64,000 bases of DNA from Camelus ferus (lineage: Eukaryota), in contig NC_045696.1 of the NCBI RefSeq assembly GCF_009834535.1, positions 95,854,001 to 95,918,000 on the forward strand, given 5' to 3'. Each line of letters starts with the position of its first letter. Position 1 is the first letter of the stretch. The notes beneath the pieces were generated by a model. The model was not told where the DNA came from, did not search any database, and worked only from the letters and a program-made list of their open reading frames with translations. A program made the position numbers and the translations under genes. Positions 1 to 13,269 of the stretch are shown here, in pieces.

Positions 1-300
1 GTTGTGGAGAGGTTTTCTGAGTTAGGAGATTTTGTTTTGAGTTATATTTCTCTACCAATTCCGGTGACTAGAACAGGATGTCTAGGAGTTCCTAAATTAA
101 ATGTACTCACTGAAGGTTTCTGGCCACACAATAGTCAGGGAAGATATTCTGAATTAGAAAAGTCTCTGTTCTAGCTCTTGCTCTTTTGGAATGATAATCA
201 GATGCTCCAAATTCAAGACTTTACTATGGAATAAGCATGGGTAGCATGGGCTCTGAAATCCTGCCAGGCTTACCATGTGGTTGGAAATTATGAAATGTCT

Positions 301-775
301 TGAAGGGGAGCAGAACATGCCACCCCAAAATACGCCTTTTTGGCATAAGGATTATTTTAGGCTGATTATGCTCTGAAAACTGAGTAGAAGTTCCCCTCTT
401 GTATGAAATATTTACAAGAAAAATCTCCACTTGTAATGGTATCTCCCTCTCTGTACCAGGAAGAGGCAGATGACTAAATCTCTAGAAACTCTTATCTTAA
501 ATCTGCTTAACAGCCATACCCTGTTCACTGTACTTTTTCTGGTAACCTAACATAACTGGCTGTCTACTCCTCCACCCCGCATCTGGAGAGGGTACTTAAA
601 GCAAAGGCTTGAGCCATTTAAGGGATTTACTCATTTTCCTGGGTGACTCTCGTGATAGAGAGGTACACATGTTATTAAACTTCTATTTGATTTTCTCTGT
701 TAATCTTTTATTACACATGAGGTCTCAGCTAAGAATCTAGAAGGATAGAGAGGAAGTTAATTTTTCTCCCCTACA
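301..775 (+). mobile_element. Solo ERV1 LTR, MER34-like (MER4 group)
   Basis: Starts TGAAGGGGAGCAGAACATGCCACCCCAAAATA and ends TTTTTCTCCCCTACA (TG...CA). Has an ATTAAA poly(A)-like signal at ~674. Resembles the recalled MER34 consensus. No clear TSD. Confidence 0.75.
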
Positions 776-1694
776 GCCATGAATACTGCCTATAGGTCTT
801 TCTCTTAAAAAGTTAGTATCTTTGTCACATTTGAAATGTGTGTGTGAGAATCCAGTTTTGCAGTTGCCTGAAGATGCTTCCTTTGATTTGAATAAATTAA
901 CATATTTGCTGGGGTTTTTAAGACAGTCTTTATCTCAAGTAAATGAATCATTGGTATTTATGGGATAAAAATCATTCTAAGGAAAAAAAAAAAACCTAAA
1001 AAATGATTTAGATAGCCAGAAGAAAAAAAAATTGAGGAAAATGGAAGAAGAAATGTGAGATTTCAAGGCACTGGTCATTTCATAAAAAGCCTCCTCCTTC
1101 CTTACTGTCCGTTCTCCCTCTGCTCCTCCTGTGTCACTTTATTGTCCCAGCCTCAAACTGACTCCAGGGAACGGGGAGGCAATGATCTTTACGACAGCAG
1201 TTGCCTTTGTTAGGCAATGTCCCTGTAGAGAGGGACAGAAGGTCACAACTTCTCCAACTGGTAATCAATTATGTTCCCTGTTTGAGGACACAAGTTTGTG
1301 CACCTGGTTACTTAGGTCTGCGTCTTAGCTCAGATCTACCTCTGCAAGTCCCTTCTCAGCCAGAAGCCATGTAGCTAGGAAAGCAGACATAATGAAGAGG
1401 CCTGATGGTTGAGAACTTGGAGAAACCTGTGGCCCTAAGTGAAGGCAATACATTGGGAAGTTGCTGCATAGTCACTTGCCAAAAGGCAAAAGAACAAGGT
1501 GTTAGGTTGATAAACGTCAACACAGGAAGGAAACCAAAGTGCCATCTAATTTACATTTTTCTTGTCTTAATATGAAGAAAACAAGACCTTCCTATTCGGA
1601 TCACCAGCAAAGCTGATGTCACTGAGATGCTACCCAGGGTAGTTCACGTGACTTTCTCGCCAGCTGATATGAGGCACTGAGCAAGTAAGACTGG

Positions 1695-2400
1695 CAGTGG
1701 TGCTATGCTGCGGTGACTTCTTATGAAATTTGGAAGTTTGGAGGGATTTGGTGGGGTTTTACTTATTTTCTTTTTGATCTGGAATTAAGTCTACACAAGC
1801 AGGTAAGTTAATAGCAGTTCCGAGAGCTGTAATTCTTGGTTTATTCACTCACAATGAGTCTGTATATTACCAAATATATGCGTAGTATTGGTCACCCAAC
1901 AGGGTAAAAAAAATTTTTTTAAGGGTTCCTAGGGTGCCCCAGTCCCATAGGGGCAGTCGGTGGCCCAGAAAAAGGCTGTGGAGCTTAGCCTGGTCCGTCG
2001 TGTGTTGGGGCCCCCGAAGCCGCCCAAACCCAAACCCCTCACAGGCTTCACCATTGCTGCCGCTGTCGTCCTCGCCTCACCAACCCCGTCCCCTGCGCCT
2101 CACAGCCCCGCCCCACACACCTCGCTGACCACGACCCCCACGCCTCACAGACGCCGCTGCTGCGCCGTCTTGTTCCAAGGTCCAGGGTAAATTTTTTTTA
2201 AGACAATTTTTTTATATCAACTGAGCTTAGGTATTCCATAGGAAATTGATAGCTGCTTTGTCAGAGGCTTTACAACTGCCTCCTCAAGTATTAGTGATTT
2301 ATTGCAGAGTTCACACAGGGCAGAAGGACAAAATTTCTAAAGGCAGTAATCCTGCTGACGGAGTTTCGCAAGCTGCTGTTCATTTCCGGCAGGCTCCAAA
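1695..2400 (+). pseudogene. pol: Degraded ERV pol, RNase H domain (interrupted by the 1924-2182 insert)
   Basis: Translated pieces YAAVTSYEI (1704), STQAGKLIAVPRA (1790, ~SAQxAELxAL) and LSEALQLPPQVLVIYCRVHTGQKDKISKGSNPADGVSQAA (2246 ORF, ~HCxGH...GNxxAD) match retroviral RNase H motifs in order. Confidence 0.85.
1924..2182 (-). pseudogene. CpG-rich 259-bp insertion, probably a retroposed 5'-end/promoter-proximal RNA fragment
   Basis: 18 CpGs in AT-rich surroundings. Flanked by a duplication CAGGGTA(n)T(n)AAG at 1900-1923 and 2183-2202. On the minus strand the site reads TT/AAAA, the L1 endonuclease consensus. Confidence 0.65.
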
Positions 2401-2559
2401 CTTAGAAGACCCACTGGAAGAAGCTTTTGTTCATTTTGAAAAATATGCTTCACAAAATGAAAGGGACAAATGGACCATAAAAAGAGCTAAAAGAAATTTG
2501 GACTATGGGAATGACCCAACAGAGTAATTCCTATACCCTATTTGGTTAATAATATTGTG

Positions 2560-3440
2560 CCAAAGTCATCCGAATAAGAGGGATTTTAAAGGAACTAGAC
2601 TTTTACTATGCCTAGTAAAAAAGATGAAATTATTTAAAATATTAAAGAAATGTGCTATGTATCAGAATTCTTTGAGGCCACTTCCAAAGTAAGTGCAGGA
2701 AATTTTCTCTAATCAACTGTCCAGGAACCTGGTGTCAGTTGAATTTCATTGAATTAAGGCCTGAAAAAGGTAAAAGATTATGTCTAGTTATGATGGGTGT
2801 GGTGTCTGAGTGACCCAGGGAGCAGTAAAGCCTCTCAGTACACATAATTCCTACTTTGGGCACATCAGAGCACATTAGAAGTCGTTTATTTCTGCTGTTG
2901 TCCAGGAATTATACAAATGTTTGCAGATTCCTATAGGCCTCATTCCTCTGGACAAGTAGAGTGAATGAGTCAAACTTGAAAAAAAAAAAAAAAACTCATT
3001 GGCAAAGATTCTGCAACCTCTTATATAAAAAAGGCTTAGAGTTTTACTGCTAGCTTTGTTAAAAATTAGAGGGACCCCTACATGCAAGCGCAGATTCTCT
3101 TAAATTTATAATTGTTGTACCTATGAATTTGGGTCTGAGACTATGACCTGTGCCTGATTTAACTTAATTCTCTCATAATCATCCAGTACTTAAAAGAGCT
3201 TCTGTCTTTCCTAGAAACCCTGAGACATAGAGTCATAAGGACCTGGAACGACCCACCAGAAAAAGTCGGCCACGCTGTTGACCAGGAGATCTCACTTGCA
3301 TGAAAGTATTCCAGAGGAAAGATGGGCTGTCACTGACTGCCCTGAGAAGGACCCACTCAAATTGATGCTGATCACCCGTGGCTATCAAGGTAAGAGAAAA
3401 ACTCAGCTGGATTTGCGCTTCTCAAGGGATGCATTCCTGT
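2560..3440 (+). pseudogene. pol: Degraded ERV pol, integrase (class I/gamma-like)
   Basis: PGTWCQLNFIELRPEKGKRLCLVMMGVVSE*P (~PGExWQIDF...LVxVDxFSGWP), IIPTLG, PYRPHSSGQVE*M, and C-terminal PGDLTCMKVFQRKD..*EGP..VAIKV..SWICASQ (GPY/F module). Contains stops and frameshifts. Confidence 0.85.
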
Positions 3441-3603
3441 AAACAACTTTCAAACTTAAGTTTTTAGGCTGATATTGGCACTGAACTCAACTGAAAGGAG
3501 GTATTCTAGCAAACTTAATATTATTCTGATAGACTACCTTGCTGACCTATTCACAGAAGGGTTATTTCAGATACTTTAAAATCACATTTCCTAGGAAACA
3601 GAC

Positions 3604-4450
3604 ATGCTATTTGTTACATTACTTTTTCTTTGGTACTCTCCATAATGATGCCCACCATCTCAGTCAGCTCTAAATTTCCAGTATAAACGAAGTCTGGATT
3701 TAGAAATTCAACAATCTGATTATTGATAAAGTAGAATGTTCTTTGTAAGTAATTTTTTATAAGTAAAAGTAACCAATATGCACCCAGGTACTCAAGCTAT
3801 AAATTTGATGCAAAATGTTTTGTTAACTGGCTTTGATTAGAAGGATGATGTAGAAAAGAAAATCATTGAATTAATAGACAAACAAATATGGCATTTATAG
3901 ATAGAACTTCAAAAAAAGTCAACTTCATTCAATTAACTTTGGGATGCAAGTTCCCTCCAGTTCCAGTATATCTAGATAGACTAAAGTGAATGCCTGTTAT
4001 AATGCAGATACAGTTGACTATTAAAAGAGTATAATTATTTATTTAGACACAGTGCAGCCAAAAAATGTGACCTATAGGGTGGGTTTTTCAAGTCTTAATC
4101 AGAGTCATATAGATTAAACATGGGAAGTTCAATATGTACTGTTCAGTGGGTGCCTCATAATGAGATTTTGATACTTGATGATGGCCATGGTTGTCTTTGT
4201 TTCCCATCCAGGCAAAACTATTTGGGAACATACCAACAGTAAATAGTTAAATCAGAGTCTCTGTTAGTAATGCACACAATTTTTTCTTGGTCATACATGA
4301 ATTTTACAAACCATGACATCTTTTTTGCTTGTACTTTCAAATAATCAACTATCTAAGCATTTGGCAGTTCCTTATGAAGTCTTACCCAATCCAAGCCTAA
4401 AGAGTATCTTAACTCTGAAGACCTATAGTCTAAATTGGTAATTAGATGGT
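3604..4450 (+). pseudogene. Possible env-like remnant of the same ERV
   Basis: Lies just downstream of integrase. Signal-peptide-like MLFVTLLFLWYS at 3604, furin-like QYKR/SL at 3679-3690, a heptad-like stretch and Cys-containing fragments. Heavily decayed. Confidence 0.4.
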
Positions 4451-4539
4451 TTCCTTGTAAAGCCCAATAAATTTCTCCTGAGTTTCAATCATATGCATGT
4501 CATCACATTTCTATGACAATTTAAGATTTTTCATAATTG

Positions 4540-4868
4540 TGCTGTGTTCCCAAATAATTAAGCTTCTAAGGCTTATAAATTGTGAGGAAATGACTGGAAA
4601 TTATATTGGAGGAGAAATAATGAAGGATAAAGATACTTTAGTAAGGTGGTTTATACAGACTCATCTCTGTGTAGACTCATCTCCAGTGTAAGAATGCTCT
4701 CCTCTTCCTGGTACAAAGAGGGCACTTTTCTTAGGGGACATGTCTGTCCTGATTATAGGCAGGTGGAGGAGCACAGAGAAACATCTGCCGTTTCTCAGTT
4801 ACCTTCAGCTCAAAATAAACCTTATACCCCAGTGGTGTATTTTGGGTTAGCTTATCCTGATTCCTTCA
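4540..4868 (-). mobile_element. ERV1 LTR fragment, MER34/MER39-like
   Basis: Minus strand starts TGAAGGAATCAGGATAAGCTAACCCAAAATACACC...TATTTTGAGCTGAAGG. Shares CCCTCTyTGTACCAGGAAGAGG with the LTR at 301. Confidence 0.7.
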
Positions 4869-7800
4869 TTTGGAACCCCAAGATTCTATTTTCCTATTCA
4901 ATTGTCTTCTATTTTGAACTTTCTGTGTGATGTCATCTAGCTCTTTGCCCTTTCTGATGAACTATATGCTGATTCCTCTTCCAAAAATCCAGATATTTTG
5001 TAGCAGAAGTAAATTTATTGCACAAGGCTCAATATTCAAAAATGTAACTCTGTTTGCTGTAATAAAACTTTATTTAGCTCTTATTCATGCATAATTGCCC
5101 ATAAGGGAGAATTTTAGTCTTGTTAATTCAGGGTAAACTCAGTTACTTACAGTTTAAAATTCATTTTCTCTTGGGAAACTGCTCAGTCAAATTAGGATTC
5201 TCCCTCTCTGACTTTTCCTTCCCTCATCACCATGTGGTATTCCTTGTTCCATGTTAGATGTCAGAGGCAGCAATAATTGATCTCCGGCTGCCTTCTGCCA
5301 ATATTTACCTGTTTCTAATCTACTGATTCTCAGTGCCAAAAAGTGTACCTGGTAAATAATTACTCACTGCATTTCTTTTTTCCTAGCCCTTTTATACAAC
5401 ACCTTTTTTGTTCAAATTCTAGAACTTTTATTATAGTGAAATTGTAAAGGCTTAAATAAGATTATCTTTTCAACACTGTTGCTTCCTTCCAGTTCACTTA
5501 AGTCTATCTTGGAACTTCTAACCATTGACAGTCTTGAATAAATTATGCCTCTAAGATCATAAATCAGTTTAGGGCATGTTTTCAAAACCTCAGTCAAACA
5601 TCACACTGTGAGTCCTCACCCAATATAAAGCAACCCCAGGTTTTGAAACCTGTTTTTTCCACTTTATTACATAACATCTTTCAGCAAATTGTAGATTCAC
5701 ACACAAAAAGGAGAAATAGTTGACAATTTTGATTATTCAGTGAGTCAAGAAATGCTTGTTAATATTAAGGGGACCAAAGTAAAGTAAAAATTCTCTTTGT
5801 TATAATGAATTCTTTGATGACTGAAAACAAATTTTTTTTGTCTCTGTCTTTCTAGAAGTTTCTGGCTTCTAGACATACACACCCTCAAAATTGAATTAAG
5901 CCAACTTAATAGGTGGGACTCTCAAAGTAAACTTTTAGCTGATTTGTGGTTTACTGTCAGGATACCAAAACATATATATTAAAAAAATCTTAGTAGTGTC
6001 TGGACCCAGAACAAAAAATGTTCAGAGAAGTGAGATTTTCCCTAATAGTGCCCTCCTCTCAGCCTCGCTTGACCATCTTCACAGTATACCAATGCCTCTT
6101 TGGCATGTAGCCTCATTCATTCCTGCTTCAGGGAAAGAAGACTATGAAACTCTTTTTATAACATATCATGGTTTCAATGAGAATATGCTCACACATAACA
6201 CAAGATAATTTACATTACTATTACTCTTAGGAAATCACTGAAGTCAAAGTACTGGAAAAATCTCTTACTACAAATTTTAGTTTTTTTATTTTGTAAAACA
6301 TTTTATAATTGAAGTAAATGTTAAATGAACCACTGAGAGGCAGTCTAGTCCCCCAGATTATCCTTTTTTCCAATGAAAAGATGGTTTTAATTTTCTTTTT
6401 GGATCCAGAGCATACTAATGTTACTCTTGAAGATTTTAGTGCACATAAAGAATGAGGAAATCATCTGCAATCTCATTCTTCTTACAGACTCTTTTTCTGT
6501 AGAACCAAAAATCAAGCTTAAAATTTTAGAAACATGTCCTGGAAAACTGAAAACTGCTAAGAAAAATGGTTTCCCAGCAAGATCACAAAATGAATATTTA
6601 TCATCATTAGAACTGGGATAGATCCAACATTTGTTAAGGATCTTATTTGAGCCAAGCATCTATTTTCAGCAAGGAATTTTACTAAAACTAATGCAATGGA
6701 AAAACCCAGAAGTAAGGATTAAATGATCCACTGTGAAGGTATAAGACATTTATAAAACTAAACAAGACAAACCCAGAGTAAAACATTTTAGTTGAAGCAA
6801 TGAAGAGAACTTTTTTGGTTCCTGCTGCATCTGCGGGGTGATACTGTGCCACTTACCACATGGTCTCCATCAAAGAAAAACTCAGAGGGACCCAACCATT
6901 AAAAAAATTTTTTTTTTCCTCTTGGCAATGTTTTGCACAAATGACTTCAGAATAATTAGCTATCAGAACAAACACAAAAAGTACTTAAAGTAAAGACCAA
7001 AAAAACTAAAAATATCACCACATTTCTAGTTAGTCTGTTCAAAGTGGGAAAATAGCAGTTTACTCTCTTGATTTTCATATGTGCAAGGGTCAAAGGTCAT
7101 TGTATATTTTCAGTTATCAAAAGTCAGGGAGTTAATTTAGCAAAAGGGCTCAAGGCTTAACTTACTTAGAAACTAGTGCTCTAAAATTATGTTTCTGCTT
7201 AATCTGTGGATACAGCTTGCTTTTTTTTCTGTTATGGGAGGTGCTTAGTCAAAAAGACAGCAGAGCAAGCAGTCCATTTTCCTCTCTTAGTCCCTGTTTC
7301 TGGTCAAATTTCATTACCACATAAAGTGGAGCTTTGACCACATATGTTTGTATAGCTATTTTCTAGTTCATTGTCAATAATTTGATGTTTTATTTGGCTG
7401 ATTTTATTTATCTTATTGTAATTAATAAACAGAAATGTCCTTGTTAATATGGTTAACATAACAAGAGCGATATGAACTAGAGCTGGACATTTAATTTCTC
7501 TTCAGAGGCTTTGTAAAGGTCTGAGGTCTATACGTTAATCACTCTTATCTGCTAGAAGTACTTTTATTGCCCTTATAACTGTGTATTGCAAGGCTTGGGT
7601 TCATAAAACAGCCAGCGCATCTTTGGTTTTGACTGCAGTACTTATAAATGCAGAGGTATTTCTCTTTCTGTAAGATCTCCAAAATTCCTGTCCTGCAAGA
7701 AAGTGGCGTTCTTTCCTATCTGTAAGTCTTGGAATCTATAAATCATAGAGCAGGCACCAGGGAGTATATTGTGGTATTATTTCTATGTGAAAAGAATATT

Positions 7801-8970
7801 GTTTGTTCCTCAATAGATTTATTATGCCTTAAGATTTTAGTGAAACTCTGCAAATAATTATATTCTAATAAAAAGCCACAGGACACATTAAAGCATTTTG
7901 GCCAATATTTAATCATTATTCTGAGCAATTCTGTCAACAGAAACCAATAATATATCTTTGATTTAAACAAAATCATCTTTCTTAAATTTTTCCAACTGTG
8001 TTATTTTGTTTGTTAAGGGTTTTGTTTTCAGGACTCTTACTGCATCCTAAGAAGTCAAATAAGATATCATTTAAAGAACTTTTCTAGTTTGTAATAGGGT
8101 AGCCTGTTAAAATGGATAGATCAAGAAGAAAAGTATTCTCATATTTAGTAAAAATAATTAAACACAATTAAATTTTCTCTTTAGTGTCATTCAGTCTGAG
8201 GTATTTACTTCTTACTCATTTGATCCTGGGTTTTAGGGGAGTCCACTATCACAGAGTCATCTGCACCTATACTAGGAGTGCTAGAAATACTGTCTGATAG
8301 GAAGTTGTTCCTAGGACCTGTATGCTGAAGGCTGTTCCACATAGAATCAGTAGTTAAGAGTATGTGGTCAAGTTCTTTACTGAAGTCATCATTCTTTTGA
8401 TGTTTCTTCCAGTACACCCTGAACCTTGTACTAGGGGCCTTTAGGCCAGTGTGAATGAAAAGTAGAAACCACTTTTTGATTATAGGATCGAAAGACTCTC
8501 TTTATTTAATTATAATAATGAACAAAATAAGAATGAGGAAGTCTCCTATTGAAGTTTCATACAAATTTTTTAACAATTCTGTAAATGATTACGCTGAGAA
8601 TAAGAACATATTAATAACAGTGAGGTCACTGACAAGTCTCCAGAGTCTTTTAATGTATCCCATAAAATGTATGTTATAATTCTCACCAATTGGCAAGCTA
8701 TTTTGAACACAGAAAATCTTTATAATCAAAGCTTATTGATAGTTACACTGGCTGTCTTTGTACAATATAGCTGTCTTTGCACAGTGACTTAACTTTCTAT
8801 TCATCCTAAAAAAGTACAAATGTACTAAAACATTTATTTTGCATATAATCATTGTAGGAAAAAAGCTGCTCTTTTTGACTTGTCATCTCTTCTTATGTCT
8901 TGGGCTTGGTAAACAGGACGAGAGTAGTTTTGAGAGGAGTGTTGAAGTAATTAAAATTATGATATGATTT

Positions 8971-8998
8971 TATATATATATATATATACACACACACA
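8971..8998. repeat. Compound (TA)n(CA)n microsatellite
   Basis: tatatatatatatatatacacacacaca. Confidence 0.9.
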
Positions 8999-10804
8999 AT
9001 TATTTTTAGCATCCCTCCTTTTATAAAGTAAAAGTGAAAGTTACTGATGTTTAATTATTGATTGATCTAGTAGTCTTCTGGGTATAAAGACAACTTGATA
9101 GTTTTATTATTCTGGCTTTGAGGGCTGAATTTGTTACTCTCGAAAGGAGACAATCTATGTAATGAGATTTTAAAGATAATAGTTATAGGAAATAGTTATA
9201 ATCTTGATTTAGACCAAAAAAAACACAGCAGCAAGTAACAAAATATATTTAAAAACCTAGTTTTTCAAGAGTGAAATCTTGTTAAAAATTTATTCAAAAT
9301 GTGAAAAAAGCACACACACACAAAATTAGTAGGCTCTTGTGTGAGATTGTTTTGATAATTATAAGAAACTTTGCTGTCCAAGAATAGAAAAATGTAGTGC
9401 TGCTTGTCAAGAGTAGTCAGTAGATTCAGAGATCAATTTTCCTTTGAACTGTTCAGGTATTTTTTTTTTCCTCTATTATCTGTAAGCTTCCTCTGTTTAA
9501 CCATTTTAACGCCTTCATATTTTTATTTTAGACATATACAAATGCACATTTAAAGGCTGTTTGTTAGAATATCTCAGGATGCAAACTGCTTCCCCCAACT
9601 CTTCATGGCAAGTAATAGGCTTGTTCAGAATGGCCAAGAACAATGAGTCAACTTTTCCTCTCACCTGGTACACAAGGAAGAAAGGACTGGACAGGAGAAG
9701 TCCAGTATACTTTTTTGTCCAGGACAGATCACACGCACAATCTCCTGAGTAAAATTTACCTTCCCTTTCGAAAATGAAAATAGGAGACTTACATTTCTAT
9801 TAATTTGGCAGATGAAGAAAACGATGAACTAAAAAAGATAAGTGCCACCTAGGCCAAATTTCTTGACTACTCATCCTGTTTTAAAATAGTTGAGAATAGA
9901 GGTTCTACATAAATGTCTAGTGACATCCTGTTGTTTAACAAGCTAACAGTTAAGGAAAATGATCTGCCTTAAATATCACCAGGGAAAGATCAAGAACATT
10001 CATTTGGTTCAAGTTTTATGCACCAAAGTCACATACAGATATGTCCTTTGAAAATCATAACAGGTGAAATACACTGAAATTGGCAAATATGTTTAAGAAG
10101 GGTTAAAAAGAATTTTGGAAGTGGAAGTTTCAGACTTGTTATTTGCAGATTCTATACTTTGTTACTAACCATAATTTATCTTTAAAACATCCCATAATGC
10201 TGTTAGAGTTTTTAAAAGGTTGGGAGCGGGGCGAGGGTGGTATTTAATTAATTCGATGCAGTTGGATATGACCTATACATTTTGATTTCTGTTTATCTCA
10301 CAACAATACAGGTATATATTTTACTATAAAAATATGCCTGGTAGTTTCAACAAATCATTGAAAGTAGCCCAAGTTGTGTCATAAAATACACACATCACCA
10401 GTTTATGGTCATTTTTAGGATCTTAACATTCCTTGGGGGAAAAGATGAGGGAGTGGAGGCTTAACCATAGATTTTTTTTTTTTTGCAAGGATAATTGTTC
10501 TGTAGAGGAGTCCATTTAATGTCACTTGTTTTAATAAGGAATCTGTAAGTGGGACCAAAATATTTAAAAAACTATTTGAAATTTTTTAATGCAAAAGAGA
10601 ATGGCTTTCTTTCTCATCTGATATTAATTACCAGATTAGGACTTGCACAAATGGAGACAAGTAACTTGATTTCATGAACCATCTTTTGAATAAATAACTC
10701 CAAAAAAGAGGTATTCAGCTTAGATATCTCAAATATTTGAGGCAGGCCTGGGCCAAAGTATCTTTCACCAAAAGAAGAACCAAAAAAAAAAAAAAAATGC
10801 TGAA

Positions 10805-11470
10805 TGACATCAGGAAAATGGTGGAATAGGAGGTTCCTATAGAGAAACCCTATAGACCTAATATAGAAACACCAATATTATAACCGTTTACAGAAGAAAA
10901 TACCTTCACAAGAGTTCTGAAATCCAGGTGAAAGATAACAGTAATGGGGAAGAGCACAGAAACAAACAAACAAACAAGATGCATTGAGAAGGGTAAGAAT
11001 AGTTTCACTTTACCTGCATCACCCATCAGAATGCAATGCCAAAAGAAATCCCCTTGGCTTCCAAGTTCTCCCATGGGGAAAGGGAGAGTGAAGTGACCAA
11101 GGGATTTTGCTGCACACCCTGGAACACTGTGGACTCCATCAGCCAGCCCACTCAGAATCTTTGGCTGGGCTGACTAGTGAAGGGCTTTCCTTGCCAAAGC
11201 TAGCCTGCAAAGAATGGAAGAAATGTTTTTTCTTTAGATGCACAGACACCAACACAAGGCTACAAAGATCATAGACTCAGAGAAACATGAAACCACCAAA
11301 GGAACTAAAATAAAGCACTAGTAACTGCCCTAAAGAAGTAGAGATCTTATTACCTGACAACAAATGCAAAATAAGTGTCTTAAGTTCAGTGAGCTATAAG
11401 AGAATGTAGACAACCAAATGAAATCAGGAAAACAATACATGAGAAGAACATTACATAAAAAAGAAAAAAA
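10805..11470 (+). mobile_element. L1 5' UTR/ORF1-start fragment (L1M/L1MA9-like)
   Basis: Starts GACATCAGGAAAATGGTGGAATAGGAGG. Shares the block CATTGA..AGGGTAAGA...AGTTT.AC.TTACCTG with the L1 at ~23140. A-rich, ORF1-like end. Confidence 0.65.
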
Positions 11471-12099
11471 TCATATACCCTACAGATGAGAATCATCTGT
11501 GTTGCTCAAAAAAACTATTCCTTTATATATGACATTATTGTACACTTATAAAATCATGTTTTCAAAGACTATATTGCTATTTTTGAGACACTCCTAAATC
11601 AGAGGCACTATATAGGAAATAAATTTAGAATCCGTTGAATAAAACAAACATTCAATAGTAAAATAAGTTTATCACAAAGTATCCAGATTCCAAGCAATAT
11701 TAATTTGTAATATTTTTAATTCTAATTTAAGTGAAAACAGTTTTGCTTTTGTACGGATGGGACACTTCCTGAAAACATCTTTCTCATGTTTCATTATTTC
11801 ACATTAAGCTAGTTGGGAGCCTGAGAAAAAACAGGATGAGACTTTGAGGAGCATGAATAAAAATAGCAGGTCAGAGGAGGCTCAGATGATGAGATGCTCA
11901 TCATGGGAAATAAACTAGCCTACTCTTGGGAGGAAAAACACCTATAAAATCATACTAAGTAGAACTGTCATTGTAAGACCACAATGTATTTCATCCTTGT
12001 GTATAAATAATTCTGTGTGTGCATACACACAAAACATTTTCTACCTTTGTCAACTAAAACAGCATAGAATGAGCTACAGTAACCAACCCATGAGCATTA

Positions 12100-13070
12100 A
12101 GCATTTTAAGTATCCAGACTGTGATCTTGAAATAACAATTCAAAGTGAAAGAAGCCAGAACATCTTGAAAAATTACTGATTCCAGTGTAAGAAATGTACT
12201 AGTTGAGCCAAGAACACCGTATCCTACCAGATAATAAGGAAGCTATCAAATATTACAAGGGTCATGTTGAAAGGACACTGAGGCCAACTTGAAGGGGTTC
12301 CCACTGACCAAATATGGACCAGTTTAATATGGAGAAGAAATGCAGTTGAGTGAATTCCATCAAAAGTATTCAAATCTGTACTTTCATTATAGTATTTAAA
12401 AAGAAAACAATAAACTAGATACCTTCTGAGAATGACAGTGAAGCAGTTTGTCATCTTGAAAACTCCACATAAAGGGAAAGAAACAAGAATTTATCTTGAC
12501 TTTCCCATATAAACTGTACTACTGGTCAACCTAGGACTAGGCAAGAGGAAAAGTCTCTTCATTAAAATTTTATCTAATAAATGAAAAAGAAGTAATACAA
12601 TTGGAATATCACCTTTACTCAAACCCAATTGGGGTTCACCGCCTCGGCACTAAGCATCAGTGGTTACTCACCACAAAAAAGAGCAAAAACTAGACAGCAT
12701 GTGTGTTCTGATGTAAGAACACAACCTCACCTACAGAATGGCCAAAGAGACAGAACCCAAGTTTGATCAGGACTTTCAATCTAGCTGCCAATTTGCAGGA
12801 AATACAGGAGATGGAGAACCATGTTGAACTAAATTATAAGGGTGCAAGATGGAAATATAAAAATCAGTTCTATTTCTGTACACTAGCATGAACAATTCAA
12901 AAATAAAATTAAGGTAACAACAGTTCTATGTACAACAACATAAAAAAGAATGAAATAGTTAGGAATAAATTACCAAAAGAAGTACAAAACATATTCTTTG
13001 AAAACTATGAAACATTATTGAAAAAAATTAAAGAATATCCAAATAAATAGAAAGACATCCTCTGTTCATA
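12100..13070 (+). mobile_element. Old L1 (L1MC-like 3' region) followed by an L1 ORF2 fragment
   Basis: AGGCCAACTTGAAGGGGTTCCCACTGACCAAA is typical of L1MC 3' ends. 12855-13070 is ORF2-like (AAATAGTTAGGAATAAATT...AAAGACATCCTCTGTTCAT). Confidence 0.65.
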
Positions 13071-13269
13071 CATCTTTTCTCCCTCATAGCTCAGTCAAGA
13101 AAGTGCAAAGTCCTATCCTATCTTTGTGAACATCTTCTAATATAGGAGAGTAAATAAAAAGAGTTCATTCCTCATAACAGCTCCTACAAATAAAAATGAA
13201 GGCTCTAAGATCCCAGTAGATTTATAAGCAAGTAGATAAAAATTTAAATGAGGTAAAACTTTTGCCTGT

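Noticed and set aside
1934..2190. Pro-rich ORFs in the GC-rich insert
   Set aside because: Non-ATG starts. Open frames are expected in GC-rich, stop-poor sequence.
301..4868. Two MER34-like LTRs flanking pol as a single provirus
   Set aside because: The LTRs are in opposite orientations and are quite diverged from each other. No PBS or gag follows the first. They are better explained as independent insertions.
8205..8417. Protein-like 70-aa ORF (YWKKHQKNDDFSKELDHILL...) as a terminal exon
   Set aside because: No convincing minus-strand acceptor and no recognised homologue. It cannot be supported without a search.
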